64,000 nt of DNA. It comes from an uncultured Methanoregulaceae archaeon. Its GTDB lineage: Archaea; Halobacteriota; Methanomicrobia; Methanomicrobiales; Methanospirillaceae. The stretch lies in the NCBI GenBank assembly GCA_963705255.1, contig OY970061.1, positions 1,024,001 to 1,088,000 of the forward strand, given 5' to 3'. Shown here piece by piece: positions 9,747-20,625 of this stretch (its first letter is position 1; the number at the start of each line of letters is the position of its first letter). Position numbers and translations under genes: made by a program. A model generated the notes under the pieces. The model was given only the letters and a program-made list of their open reading frames with translations. It searched no databases and was not told the DNA's origin.

Positions 9747-10789
9747 CCCCGAGCATAAAGGACAATTTCTGCCCGAAATGCGGCCAGCCATCCGATAGTA
9801 CCGGGTTATGCACCCGGTGCAGGATCGGCAGCACTCCCTGGTTCACCTGCGACAGCCGGGTGAAAAATATCCTGTGCCCGAGCTGCGGGGCAACAAAAGA
9901 GGTGAATACCTGGACGGACAGCACCCGCGAACGGAGCGAACTGGCACCTGAACTTGCCAGGAGTGCCGTGCATTTCCATACGGATGCCCGGAAACCCTCT
10001 ATAGCGGTGACCGTTGAGGATATCAGCGTCAACCGCTCACGCGCAAACCTTACAATCCATGCAACCCTGTATAATAAACCGGTGGAGGGGACGTGCAGCG
10101 TCGAGATCCTCTGGCACAAGGAACAATGCGACCGCTGCAACCGCATCAGCGGGAGTTATTACGAGGGAATCGTCCAGGTGCGCGCCGAAGGGCGGATCCC
10201 GGGCACGTACGAGATCCAGACGGCCGCGTCCATCGCCCATCAGGTGGAAGACACCCTCCAGTCCGGGGGAGAACGCCTCTCATTCATCTCGGATATAACC
10301 GAGATCCGTGACGGGCTTGATATCGTCATCGGCTCCCAGCATATCGGGCTGCTCATCTCGCAGGGGATCGTTGCGCAGCTCGGAGGCAGGTACAGCTCGC
10401 ACCCGAAACTGGTGGGCGAGAAGAACGGCAGGCAGCTCTACCGGATCACCTATCTGGTGAGGTTGCCCCGTTTCCAGAAGCACGATGTGGTCAGATCCGG
10501 AAACCGGTATTACGAGGTGGAAAAAGTTGAATCCCACCACGTCCGCACCTTCGATCTCCGCGACGGCCAGTCAAGATCCATCCGGGAAAACGATATCGGA
10601 AGGATCATCGGCAATGCCCGGAATGCCGAACCGGCTCTGGTAGCCTTCGCGCACGGAGATTCTGTTGGCATCCTTGACCCGGGAAACCAGCAGACCCGTG
10701 ATTTAAGGCGGCTGCCGTGGACAACTATCAGGGCGGGAGACCACGTGAATATCCTCAGGGACGGGGATGAGCTCATCATTGTCAGGTAG
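9743..10789 (+). CDS. nmd3: NMD3 family ribosome-biogenesis protein
   Basis: Four CxxC pairs, YYEGIVQVRA, KLVGEKNG..LYRITY. Confidence 0.9.
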   Translation: MTPSIKDNFCPKCGQPSDSTGLCTRCRIGSTPWFTCDSRVKNILCPSCGATKEVNTWTDSTRERSELAPELARSAVHFHTDARKPSIAVTVEDISVNRSRANLTIHATLYNKPVEGTCSVEILWHKEQCDRCNRISGSYYEGIVQVRAEGRIPGTYEIQTAASIAHQVEDTLQSGGERLSFISDITEIRDGLDIVIGSQHIGLLISQGIVAQLGGRYSSHPKLVGEKNGRQLYRITYLVRLPRFQKHDVVRSGNRYYEVEKVESHHVRTFDLRDGQSRSIRENDIGRIIGNARNAEPALVAFAHGDSVGILDPGNQQTRDLRRLPWTTIRAGDHVNILRDGDELIIVR

Positions 10790-10791
10790 CC

Positions 10792-11671
10792 ATGCGGGTA
10801 AGGGAAATACCGAGGGACAAACTCAGGGAGATCCGTTCGGCGGACTGGGTCGACCGTACCGAGGAGTCCCTTTGCCGAAGGAGATCGTGCCTGGGTACCG
10901 GTACGACCGGGTGAGCCGTTTGACCATGACCTCGGTAAAAGTCCCAACTATACCGGGCGCGGGTTCGTCATGATCGGCGACATCGCCGTTCTGCACGGCA
11001 AAAAGCCATCCTTTCCTGAAATTGAGGAGATTGTTCGATTCCGCAATCCCCGCGGGGTTCTCTGGATAGCGGCGCTCAGCGGCATGACAAGGACTCCGGA
11101 GACCGAGGTGCTCTGGGGCGAGGCGGGGGAGGTACGGCACCGGGAAAACGGGTACACCTTCATCCTCGACCCCCGGACCGTGATGTTTGCGCAGGGAAAC
11201 CGGAACGAGAAGATGAGGCTTGCACGGCTGGTGAGGAGCAGCCCGGGAACCGAACGGGTGGCCGACATGTTTGCCGGTATCGGGTACTTCTCCATTCCCC
11301 TTGCGGGAGCGGGGGCAGAAGTCCACGCAATGGAGATCAATCCGGTCCCGTTTGAATTCCTGAAGCGCACCATCCGGGAGAACGGGTTTTCCGATCGCAT
11401 AACACCAGCACTGGGAGATTGCCGGGACCTCCTGTCAGGAACCTATAACCGGATCGTGATGGGGCATTTCGATGCAATAACCATGCTTCCCCCGGCACTC
11501 GGGCATGTCGAGAGCGGGAGCATCATCCACCTCCATAGTATCGGCACGGTAGAAGACCGGATCCGGGAGTGTGCCGAAGGGGCAGGTTTTTCTGCAACTA
11601 TCCAGGTACATAAAGTAAAGAAATACCGCCCGCATGCATGGCATGTGGTGCAGGACGTGACCCTTTCATGA
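10792..11671 (+). CDS. Met-10+/Trm5-Taw2 family tRNA-modifying SAM-dependent enzyme (frameshift near 10860)
   Basis: VMFAQGNRNEK, DMFAGIGYF motifs; N-terminal MRVREIP... from ATG 10792 joins RSPFAEGDRAWVPVRP... via a 1-nt shift. Confidence 0.8.
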
Positions 11672-12822
11672 CAGTCCTCCAGACACTGAACGGGAAACAG
11701 ATCGTTGTTGCGGTGACCGGCAGCATCGCTGCCGTCGAAGTGGTCAGGCTCATCCATGCCCTGAGGCGGCGCGGTGCGGCAGTCCAGGCGGTGATGAGCC
11801 CTGCCGCAACAGGTATCGTGATCCCGGATGCCCTGACCTATGCCAGTGGCAGGGAGACGATAACCCGGCTCTCCGGCATGGTGGAGCATGTCATGTACTG
11901 CGGGGATGAGGGGACTGCTGATCTCCTGCTGATTGCACCCTGTACCGCAAACACCCTCAGCAAAATTGCCTGTGGTATCGACGACACCCCGGTTACGACG
12001 TTTGCATCCACCGCTCTCGGAAGCGGTATTCCCCTGCTCATCGTTCCTGCGATGCACCACAGCATGTACCGCCACCCGGCAATCCTCGCAAATCTCGATG
12101 CGGTCCGGCGGTGGGGGGCAGGGATTGTCGAACCCCGCATTGAAGAGGGGAAAGCAAAAATTGCCGGCAACGATGAAATTGTCCTCAGGTGCGAGAGGGC
12201 TGTGCTCGGATCGCCACTGAAGGGAAAAAAGGTGCTTATTACAAGCGGGCCATGCCGGGAACCGGTGGATGATGTCCGCATACTCACCACCCGTTCGAGC
12301 GGGCAGATGGGGAGGGCACTCGCCCTGCAGGCATTCCGGCTCGGGGCTGATGTCACGGTTGTCCACCGGGATACGTTTCCCTGCATGAACAACATCCACG
12401 TTGAGACAGCGGCTGACATGAGCTCTGCCGTGCTCAGCTACCTTTCAGAAAATAACGGGGCTGACATCTATATCAGCGCCGCTGCCATCTCTGACCTGGC
12501 CCCGGTGATGATGAACGGGAAGATACCCGGCGGAAAGGCCGTCAGGCTTGAACTTGAACCGCTTCCCAAACTGCTGGACCGGGTGATGCAGGACTATGCT
12601 CCCCTGACCATTGCATTCAAACTGGGCAGAAGACCCGAAAAAAAGGCAAAGGCCATGATCGATCATGGTGTGGCGATGGTCCTCATGAACGCTCCGGAAA
12701 CGATGGGACGGGAAACCGGGGAGTATGTTCGGCTGGATAAGCTGGGTACGGAACGGTTGCAGGGCTCCAAGGACGAGATTGCAGCACGGGTGTGGGAGGA
12801 GATTCTCAGGGGGCATCTCTAG
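11668..12822 (+). CDS. coaBC: Phosphopantothenoylcysteine decarboxylase/ligase
   Basis: VTGSIAA, APCTANT, PAMH, ITSGPCREPVDDVR, SSGQMG, AAAISD. Confidence 0.95.
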   Translation: MTVLQTLNGKQIVVAVTGSIAAVEVVRLIHALRRRGAAVQAVMSPAATGIVIPDALTYASGRETITRLSGMVEHVMYCGDEGTADLLLIAPCTANTLSKIACGIDDTPVTTFASTALGSGIPLLIVPAMHHSMYRHPAILANLDAVRRWGAGIVEPRIEEGKAKIAGNDEIVLRCERAVLGSPLKGKKVLITSGPCREPVDDVRILTTRSSGQMGRALALQAFRLGADVTVVHRDTFPCMNNIHVETAADMSSAVLSYLSENNGADIYISAAAISDLAPVMMNGKIPGGKAVRLELEPLPKLLDRVMQDYAPLTIAFKLGRRPEKKAKAMIDHGVAMVLMNAPETMGRETGEYVRLDKLGTERLQGSKDEIAARVWEEILRGHL

Positions 12823-12967
12823 CCCGCCGGGTTTACATCCCGGGAGTCTGCAAGTTATTCCTGAACCTATTTTATCTCTATATTTGCCAGATTTTATCTA
12901 TCTGCCACTCTTGAAACCCCGGAATCTTCTGGATATTTTTATTAAGTGTTTATGTAAATACTGATAC

Positions 12968-13396
12968 ATGCCAGCCATGAAAAGGAGTGACGCAAAACCG
13001 TTGCAGGGCGGGTCCACGTTCCCGATTCCCATCTTCTACAAGCTGATGATAAGCATGCTCTTCGTGGCCACAATTCCCATCATTCTTCTTGAGATCGTCT
13101 ACCTGGGAGGGACGGCGAGCATTGTGGAGAACATCGGGCTCACCGGCAGCATCCTGATCATCACCCTTATCACGCTGACGGTAGTCATCATGTGGAGTTT
13201 CTTCCTTGCGAGCAGCATCACCAATCCTATCGTACGGTTATCAAAAATAGCCACCAGCATGAGCACCGGCGAGTTCACGAACCCGGAAATTGAGCTGCTC
13301 AGCAATGACGAGATCGGCGAACTCCAGACCGCCTTCAACCGGATGATCAATACCTACAAAATACTTGACACCCTTGCCAAGGAAGATAATGAATAA
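12968..13396 (+). CDS. Small 2-TM HAMP-domain protein
   Basis: Two TM segments then ITNPIVRL...NDEIGELQTAFNRM HAMP consensus; no output domain. Confidence 0.85.
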   Translation: MPAMKRSDAKPLQGGSTFPIPIFYKLMISMLFVATIPIILLEIVYLGGTASIVENIGLTGSILIITLITLTVVIMWSFFLASSITNPIVRLSKIATSMSTGEFTNPEIELLSNDEIGELQTAFNRMINTYKILDTLAKEDNE

Positions 13397-13488
13397 CCGG
13401 CTGCAGCCCGCCCTGTTCCCCTTACCCGCATGGTACTCCGGGATCATTCCGTGAATATGCAGATACAATCTCATGATGAGGACGATCA

Positions 13489-13836
13489 ATGCTCAAGGAG
13501 ATCCTGAACAAATTCCTGATCCTGAATGGTGTCCAGGCCGCGGTAGTCATCCAGGAAAATGGTGAGATAATCGAGAGCATGAAATCGGGAATCGTCATCG
13601 ACAGGAACCTCAGAACTGCCCTTTCCGCAATCATGATCGATACCAGGTCAGCGGCAGCCGGGTACAGTAGTGCCCCGCTATCCATGGTATTTGCCGAATA
13701 CTCGGACAAATTCCTCATCCTCGGGCCTCTTGCAGAAGAATTTTTCCTCGTCATTATCGCAAAAGGCACCGCAAATATCGGCCAGATATCCTATGAAATG
13801 AAAAAGAACCAGGAGGCTATCGTCTCTCTCTTATGA
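13489..13836 (+). CDS. Roadblock/LC7 (MglB-like) protein
   Basis: LNGVQAAVVIQENG...ANIGQI pattern, 115 aa. Confidence 0.8.
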   Translation: MLKEILNKFLILNGVQAAVVIQENGEIIESMKSGIVIDRNLRTALSAIMIDTRSAAAGYSSAPLSMVFAEYSDKFLILGPLAEEFFLVIIAKGTANIGQISYEMKKNQEAIVSLL

Positions 13837-14648
13837 TCGAACTGTTACCGGAAGGAAAAAGTATCGGGTGGATGCAGGCGCCTCCGCAATGGATCTTCAC
13901 TCATACCGTACGGTTCGTCGGCATAGTAAGGGTCGTAATCCAGGACGGGGAAGGATTTATCCTGATAAGAAGAGGCAGGCCTCTTGCATATTATTTCAGA
14001 CACGGCCGGATCGAGCTGCGCGGGCACGCGGCACTCGACTATTTCAATTCACACCCGACCATAGAATTCAACCTCTGTAAATATACCCCGGAAGAACTGG
14101 GCCAGGCACTCAGGATCTGTAACATCGACGAACAGGTTCCCGAACCTGATCTCGTGACGCCAGGGGCTGAACCATACGCTGTACCCGCACCGGAAAAGGT
14201 GACCGTTCCCGTTACGGATTCACCGGAAAAAACGTCACCGGATACGACAGAAAAAGAGGTGATGATCCCTGTTTACGAAAAGCCCGTCATCACGCCTCCC
14301 GCAACCCTGGATGAACCGGACATGAAGCTACTCGGACAGATCAAGAAGCTGAACGGGATTGTTGCCATTTCGGTATTTGACGAGGAAAGGAATATTATCC
14401 TGGTGGGTGACGTCGAGGTTGAACCTTTATTGAACCTTGCAAGAAAGATGCTTGAAACCACCAAAAAGATCACCCCTTGCCTGGACTGGGGATCTTTTGT
14501 CCACATGACTCTCCAGATCCCCGAGGCGAACGTGATCATCGCGCCCTACCGTGACTACCACATCTGCCTGCTTACGACACGAACGATCAATATCGGGCAC
14601 ATCCGGAGAATTCTCCGGGACCTCCAGCAGGCCAGAGAGTCGCAATAG
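13833..14648 (+). CDS. DUF2226-like N-domain + acidic/Pro linker + roadblock-like C-domain
   Basis: MIELLPEG...LRGHAAL N-domain; C-terminal LNGIVAISVF...INIGHIRRIL roadblock-like segment. Confidence 0.65.
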   Translation: MIELLPEGKSIGWMQAPPQWIFTHTVRFVGIVRVVIQDGEGFILIRRGRPLAYYFRHGRIELRGHAALDYFNSHPTIEFNLCKYTPEELGQALRICNIDEQVPEPDLVTPGAEPYAVPAPEKVTVPVTDSPEKTSPDTTEKEVMIPVYEKPVITPPATLDEPDMKLLGQIKKLNGIVAISVFDEERNIILVGDVEVEPLLNLARKMLETTKKITPCLDWGSFVHMTLQIPEANVIIAPYRDYHICLLTTRTINIGHIRRILRDLQQARESQ

Positions 14649-14761
14649 GCCTTGGATCTCAGGACCCGGGAATCATGGTATCCGTTTATGCATACCTTTT
14701 TCCCTTTCGGGATTCCTTAAAGAAAGAAAACGCCCTAACTGATCATGTACGATCCGTGTCC

Positions 14762-15630
14762 ATGAGACCAATTTCAGTGACAGCCTTCTGCCCGGGGCAT
14801 ATTTCCGGCTATTTCAGACGGGTTGAGGGGAAGACAAAAGCCACGACCGGCAGTATGGGAGCCGGTATAGTCATAAGTGAAGGCGTCACGGTCACGGTTT
14901 TTCCATCGGACACTCTGTCGGTCCGTATCACGAGAAAAGACAGGGACGGGAAAGAGATTTCTGCAGAATCCGGCTCACCGCCCATCTCTTTTGTTCTCAA
15001 TCGAGCTGGGTGTGACTGCAGCTGTCACGACAGAATGCCGGCTGCCTATCGGGGCAGGGTTCGGGCTCTCGGCGGCTGCCCTTCTCGCGACGCTGACAGC
15101 GGTTGACCGGCTCTGCGGGCTGAGGCTTTCAGCCCACGATATCGCATTATATTCCCATGAAGCGGAGGTGACTCACCGGACCGGTCTTGGAGACGTCGCT
15201 GCCTGCCAGGGAGGCGGAAGGGTAGTACCGACGGGGACCGGGCATCGATGCTGAGATCGAGCGGAAGTTTGACCTGCCTGACCCACTCTATGCAGTATCT
15301 TTCGGGCCAATCTACACGCCGTCAGTTCTCGGCTCTCCCGAACAGATGGCGCGCGTGTCCAGGGCATTTCCCATACTGGAACCGGATGATGCCGGGGATT
15401 TTTTCCGCTTGTCACGACAGTTTGCCGGCAGGAGCGGGCTGATAACCCCGGAGGTTCAGGAAGTGCTCAGGATCTTTGATGACCGAAACCTTCCGGCGAG
15501 CATGACGATGCTGGGGAACGGGGTTTTTGCCTATGGCCGTGATTCGCGGGAACTGCTCAGGCCCTTCGGGGAAGTGTTCGAGTTCGGGATGGGATGTTCC
15601 GGGGTAAGGATTGTCGGGGAGACGGTATGA
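14762..15630 (+). CDS. pok: Pantoate kinase (GHMP family), broken by about 2 frameshifts
   Basis: AFCPGHISGYF, GSMGAG, LPIGAGFGLSAAA, TGLGDV, SMTMLGNGVFA spread over three frames; adjacent to pps. Confidence 0.88.
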
Positions 15631-16358
15631 TACCCCCGGATCATCCCCGGTACCGCTCGCTTGTCGTCCGCGAGCGGCTTGCCGGATCTGCACGGAAGGG
15701 GGTCGTCTCATGGGAAGGCCTTACCGCCCACGGGCGCGGGGAGGCCTTCGATTACCTGCTCGGTGAGAGAACGACTGCCAGCGCTCTCCTTGCCGAACGG
15801 ACCGCAGCAGGACTGCTGCTCTCTGCCCGCCACCCGGTCATTTCGATCAACGGGAATACGGCGGCCCTCGCAGCAGGCGAGATTGCAGCCCTCCAGAAAG
15901 CCTGTGGGGCCCTCGTGGAGGTGAACCTTTTCCACCGCACTGAAAGGAGGGTAAAGATGATAGAAGACCTCCTTACGGTAGCGGGGGTCGACGTGTTTTC
16001 CGGCAAAGCGGAACGGCTCCTCCCCCTTTCCCATGACCGGGCATGGTGCCGTCGCGACGGGATGTATTCTGCCGATGTCGTTCTGGTCCCGCTGGAAGAC
16101 GGGGATCGGTGCGAGGTGCTTGCCGGAATGGGAAAAACAGTCATCGCTATCGACCTCAATCCACTGTCCCGCACAGCGCGTACCGCAACCCTTACAATTG
16201 TCGATGAGCTGACCCGGGCCCTTCCGCAGATCACCAGTGCCTGCAGGGATCTTTCCCAGGCGGGCAAAGAGCTGTCCCCGGTGCCTGTAGATAATCATTA
16301 TCTTTTGTCAGAGGCAATACGTGAGATGACGGCGAGGTTGTCCCATGCTCTGGATTGA
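15627..16358 (+). CDS. pps: 4-phosphopantoate--beta-alanine ligase
   Basis: IPPDHPRYRSL, AHGRGEAFDYLLGE, ISINGN, VPLEDGDR, IDLNPLSRT. Confidence 0.95.
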   Translation: MIPPDHPRYRSLVVRERLAGSARKGVVSWEGLTAHGRGEAFDYLLGERTTASALLAERTAAGLLLSARHPVISINGNTAALAAGEIAALQKACGALVEVNLFHRTERRVKMIEDLLTVAGVDVFSGKAERLLPLSHDRAWCRRDGMYSADVVLVPLEDGDRCEVLAGMGKTVIAIDLNPLSRTARTATLTIVDELTRALPQITSACRDLSQAGKELSPVPVDNHYLLSEAIREMTARLSHALD

Positions 16359-17340
16359 GAAATACCGGCCAAAGGAATTTTCCGACATAGTGGGGCAGGA
16401 CCCGGTCATCCGCCAGTTGTCCTCCTTTGCCGGATCAGGCATGGTCCCCCACATCATTCTCACCGGACCCCACGGGACCGGAAAAAGTGTGACAGTCGAA
16501 TGCTTTGCAAAAGCGGTCTACCGGGAGAACTGGGAGATGAATACCACAGTCTTTCCGACAGCCGATCTCTTCCTCCAGGGAAAGGCATTCCTGGAGACCG
16601 ACGAGCGGTTCGCACATCTTTACCAGAAGAACCAGTCCCTGATCAACAATTTCAAGTACATCATCAGATGGTATGCGTCCCTGCGCCCGCTGGATGCCGA
16701 ATTCAAGCTGATGGTCTTTGAGGACGCCCACGCACTTTCCCGGGAGGCCCAGCAGGCCCTGCGGAGGATCATGGAGCGTTCAAGCGGCACCTGTCGTTTC
16801 GTATTCACGACAACTAACCAGAGTGCACTGATCCCGCCGCTCACATCCCGCTGCCTTCCTCTTTTTTTTGTTCCCATCGAGCCTCCGGTCATTTTTCGCT
16901 ACCTTTCAGTTGTCAGGGAAAAAGAAAGTCTCGCCAGGCATACGTGTTCGGATGATGAACTCGAACTCATCGTGGAGGCCGCTACCGGGGACATGCGCAG
17001 GGGACTCCTCCTCCTGCAGGTAGCCCTTGAGACAGGACGCTGTGAGGATCTTTTCGGGATCGCCCAGTCCGAAGCAGCAACGGTCACCTCGGCAGCGATC
17101 ACTGCACTGAAAGGCGGGGATGTGCGGGGAGCCATCCGAAAGCTGGAGTCGCTTATGATCGACTATGGGCTCTCCGGGAGCGAGGTCTTTACCGAGATCC
17201 GGGCGGTACTCAAGCGCGAATACAACCATCCTGCACTTGCAATCGCCCTGGCAGATGCAGAACACCGCATGCTCCACGCAAATAACGAATTTGTCCAGGT
17301 CGGGGCTTTCACGACAGGCATACAACAGGTCTTCCCATGA
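16345..17340 (+). CDS. Second RFC small subunit (RFCS2 type)
   Basis: WIEKYRP, GPHGTGKS, QQALRRIME, SRC; divergent Walker B (EDAH). Confidence 0.88.
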   Translation: MLWIEKYRPKEFSDIVGQDPVIRQLSSFAGSGMVPHIILTGPHGTGKSVTVECFAKAVYRENWEMNTTVFPTADLFLQGKAFLETDERFAHLYQKNQSLINNFKYIIRWYASLRPLDAEFKLMVFEDAHALSREAQQALRRIMERSSGTCRFVFTTTNQSALIPPLTSRCLPLFFVPIEPPVIFRYLSVVREKESLARHTCSDDELELIVEAATGDMRRGLLLLQVALETGRCEDLFGIAQSEAATVTSAAITALKGGDVRGAIRKLESLMIDYGLSGSEVFTEIRAVLKREYNHPALAIALADAEHRMLHANNEFVQVGAFTTGIQQVFP

Positions 17341-18065
17341 GTTCGATAAAACAGGAAAAGATCAGGGACCACTACGACACGATCGCCGACAGCTATGATC
17401 ACCATTACGACCATCCCCGGGGCAGGAACTACCATTCACATATCAGCAGTTACCTTATCAGGGCCCTTCCGCCCGGGGGAAAACTTCTCGATATCGGGTG
17501 CGGGACAGGTCTGTTTGTCGAGAAATATATCAGGCATGGGGGCAGTGCCACGGGGCTCGACATCAGCACAAAGATGATTGAGCAGGCGCGCTCCCGTTGC
17601 GACTGCTGCGAGTTCACGGTCGGCACCGGGGAGAAAATTCCGTTCCGGGATTCTTCGTTTGATGCAGTGTCGAGCCTCCTCGTATTCAGTTACCTCAGAG
17701 ACCCCGCCGCGATGCTGTCTGAAACGTACCGTGTCCTGCAGCCGGGTGGTGCAGTTGCGATCTGCACGCTTGGGAAGAAACTGCTGACACGGGGAATTCC
17801 GGCGATATACCAGATCAGCGAGAAGATGAGAGTGAAGCATGTCGTGATGAAAGATTTTGGCGAACATTATTACAACGAGGAGGAGATGAGAGACCTTTTT
17901 ACCCGGACCGGATTTGAGGATATCCAGGTGAAATGGTGTTCCTTTGCTCACATTGACATGATCGACCCTCTCTTCCAGCTCGCAAAAAAAGTCGAACCTT
18001 TTGTTGAGAAGCGGGTGCCGCAGCTTGCATACAATATCTTCGTAAGCGGAAAGAAACCGGAATAA
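17337..18065 (+). CDS. Class I SAM-dependent methyltransferase
   Basis: LLDIGCGTG, PFRDSSFDAV, RVLQPGG. Confidence 0.88.
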   Translation: MSSIKQEKIRDHYDTIADSYDHHYDHPRGRNYHSHISSYLIRALPPGGKLLDIGCGTGLFVEKYIRHGGSATGLDISTKMIEQARSRCDCCEFTVGTGEKIPFRDSSFDAVSSLLVFSYLRDPAAMLSETYRVLQPGGAVAICTLGKKLLTRGIPAIYQISEKMRVKHVVMKDFGEHYYNEEEMRDLFTRTGFEDIQVKWCSFAHIDMIDPLFQLAKKVEPFVEKRVPQLAYNIFVSGKKPE

Positions 18066-18069
18066 AAAA

Positions 18070-19398
18070 TCAGGAATCCTTTTTTTTCAGGTTCGCAAGG
18101 ACCCGCCGTTTCTTCTCAATCGCTGCCTCCGATGCCCTGAGTACTCCCTCCTTCATCTCTTCGAAATCGCGCATTTCGGTGTCCACAACCTTTTTCACCG
18201 GGGTGTACGCGGATTCCCTGAACCGCGGGGAAAAGTCCCGCTCCCGCCCATCGACAAGCAGGACAGACTCAGGTTTTCCGGGTTCCACGTACCCGATATT
18301 GTGCATCGCAACCCCGGCCGAACGGACAACCCTGCAGACCTCATCCGCGGCATTCCGGGGGGCGACAACAAGCAGGGCATCAAGTGAAACCCCGAGATAA
18401 TCGATCTGCAGTTTTTCCAGCATGTCGCGGACATGCGGTTCAACCAGCCCCCCAATCGCGGATTCATCGATCACGATCCGGCAGCCTGCTGTTTCCGCCA
18501 TCTCGAATACGTCCCCCCGGAGCCCGCCATTGGTCACGTCTGTCATCGCGTGGATTCCGGCAAAGGCCCTGCTCTTCATCAGGGTTTCGCATGCTGTCAG
18601 GAAGTTCAGGTTGATAGTCCGTTCTACGACTTCAGAAAACCCCGAATATATCGCTGCAGTCGCAATGGTCCCCCCTCCTGCACCTTCGGTCATCAGCAGG
18701 ACATCCCCTGCCTGCGTCGATTTACGGGCAGTGAGATGTTCAGCGACACCGACTGCCCCCACGCACCCGGTGAGCCGGCTGCCAAGTACCATATCGCCGC
18801 CGATACGGAGCGTTGAGCCGGTGACGAGCGGTACGTCCATCGCTTCACCTACCGTCGTGATACCGGCAGTGTAATCAAAGATCTTTGCCACATCGCCGTC
18901 GTCTGCGATGTGAATATCCGAGAACAGCATGATCGGTTTTGCACCCATTACATAGATGTCACGGAGTGTTGCGCGCGTTACATGGAACCCGGCAAGGAAC
19001 GGGTAATCCGAGAGGCGGGAATGCATACCGTCAACGGTACAGATAATGTATTTGCCTCCGGCGCACACGGCACCGGCATCGTCCATCTCGTCCACCCCAA
19101 CCGATGCGGAAGTCTTTCCGATGATACGGGCAATCTGGCGGTGGGCAAAAAAATCCCCTTTCCCCCGGGACCCGACACCAAATTCTCCCATCCGTACACC
19201 GGCCGGTTCGTATTCGAAAAAGTCACCTGAGAGCCCACGGGTATTTTTCACCTCCTCGATTACGGCGCGGGCAAATGCGGATGCATACGAGGGATTGACA
19301 TCTTTTATCCCGAGGACATGATCGACCAGGTTTTTTTGTATCGCATTTTCATCTTTTCCGTCGGCAATTTTCCTGCGGACGTACTCCTCAACATCCAT
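18070..19398 (-). CDS. AIR-synthase/HypE-related protein (methanogen type)
   Basis: GVGSRGKGDF, DGMHSRLS, AMTDVTNGGLRGD PurM-fold motifs. Confidence 0.85.
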   Translation of the reverse strand: MDVEEYVRRKIADGKDENAIQKNLVDHVLGIKDVNPSYASAFARAVIEEVKNTRGLSGDFFEYEPAGVRMGEFGVGSRGKGDFFAHRQIARIIGKTSASVGVDEMDDAGAVCAGGKYIICTVDGMHSRLSDYPFLAGFHVTRATLRDIYVMGAKPIMLFSDIHIADDGDVAKIFDYTAGITTVGEAMDVPLVTGSTLRIGGDMVLGSRLTGCVGAVGVAEHLTARKSTQAGDVLLMTEGAGGGTIATAAIYSGFSEVVERTINLNFLTACETLMKSRAFAGIHAMTDVTNGGLRGDVFEMAETAGCRIVIDESAIGGLVEPHVRDMLEKLQIDYLGVSLDALLVVAPRNAADEVCRVVRSAGVAMHNIGYVEPGKPESVLLVDGRERDFSPRFRESAYTPVKKVVDTEMRDFEEMKEGVLRASEAAIEKKRRVLANLKKKDS

Positions 19399-19466
19399 AA
19401 CGTTCTGTACGTGAACCAGCCATAAAAAGACGGAGGATCACGTGACCACCGCGCCGGGTGCAGTTA

Positions 19467-20435
19467 TTACCTGAGAAGAACCCCAAAAACATCGGAGAAA
19501 CAGCGGAGAGCATCGTCGAATTTTCCGATTTTCAGGAGGGACAGTCCCTTCACGATGCTGGTACGGACATCTTTTACATCGATATAATATGCCTGATCGA
19601 ACGCCCGGGCTGACTCCTCGAGCTTTCCGAGCATGAAGCAGGAGTTGCTCATCACGACCCAGGCATCGGCGATCGAGGGATCGCGTTCGAGGGCCTTTTC
19701 GAGAGCACGGATCGCCTCGGGGTGTTTTCCGATCATGGAGAGGGCAAGCCCTTTCCGGTAAAGTGCTTTTGCGTTTTCCGGGTCTATTGCCAGCGCGCGA
19801 TCAAGAACCTCGAGGGCTTCAGCATACCGTTTCAGGTTGATCAGGGCAACACCTTTTTTGATCAGTGCGGAAAGGTAGAACGGGTATATCCGGAGAGCGC
19901 GGTCGTAACATGAGATCTCTTCGGCATACCGTTTCAGTTTTCCATACGCAAACCCCTTGTTTACCCACGCAGAAAGGTACCGGGGCCGTATCTCCAGAGC
20001 CCGGTCGCAGCAGTGGATCTCTGCATCGAACCTTCCGAGCATCCCCACAGCTACACCCTTATTATTCCAGGCAGTTGCATTCTCGGGATCTATCTCCAGC
20101 GCTCTCTCACAGCATTTCACCTTGTCTTCAAACCGGTCGAGCATGCCATAGGCAAATCCCTTGTTATTCCAGGCATCGACGCAGTCCGGATCGAGTTCGA
20201 TTGCTTTGTTGCAGCACTCGATCTCGTCTTCGTACTTGCCCAGTTTCCCGAGTGCAAACCCCCGTCCCACCCATGCAAGTGCAAGGCCGGGGTCAATGGC
20301 AAGGGCGAGTGAAAACGAGGTAAGCGCATCCTCGTGTCTTCCCTCACGTCCAAGCGAAAGGCCCTCAAGATAAAATTCCCTGCCTTTCTGATGGGGGTCC
20401 TGACTCTCTTCTGACATGGAAAACATCGAATGCAA
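19467..20435 (-). CDS. TPR repeat protein
   Basis: About 8 repeats of AWxNKG...A...DP. Confidence 0.92.
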   Translation of the reverse strand: MHSMFSMSEESQDPHQKGREFYLEGLSLGREGRHEDALTSFSLALAIDPGLALAWVGRGFALGKLGKYEDEIECCNKAIELDPDCVDAWNNKGFAYGMLDRFEDKVKCCERALEIDPENATAWNNKGVAVGMLGRFDAEIHCCDRALEIRPRYLSAWVNKGFAYGKLKRYAEEISCYDRALRIYPFYLSALIKKGVALINLKRYAEALEVLDRALAIDPENAKALYRKGLALSMIGKHPEAIRALEKALERDPSIADAWVVMSNSCFMLGKLEESARAFDQAYYIDVKDVRTSIVKGLSLLKIGKFDDALRCFSDVFGVLLR

Positions 20436-20625
20436 TTCCTATGGATGAGCGCTCGTAATAAAAGGATCTTAGTGCCCGTGATATTTATTTTCACGGATTG
20501 GTCTCTGCAGCCGCTATTGCCCGACAGCGGTACAGATACACGGAATGATTACCCGGAAGCCAGGTTCTGCCGGATTCAGCTGAAAAACCCAATTTTTTAT
20601 ATATTTTTGGCATAAACTTTCAGAT

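Noticed and set aside
14762-15630. Programmed frameshifting or true pseudogenisation of pok and other split genes
   Set aside because: No consistent slippery motif, shifts in both directions across unrelated genes, and pok is needed for CoA synthesis; assembly error is more parsimonious.
16345-17340. Two RFC small subunits as a novelty
   Set aside because: Three-subunit RFC (two small, one large) is already established in Methanomicrobia and haloarchaea.
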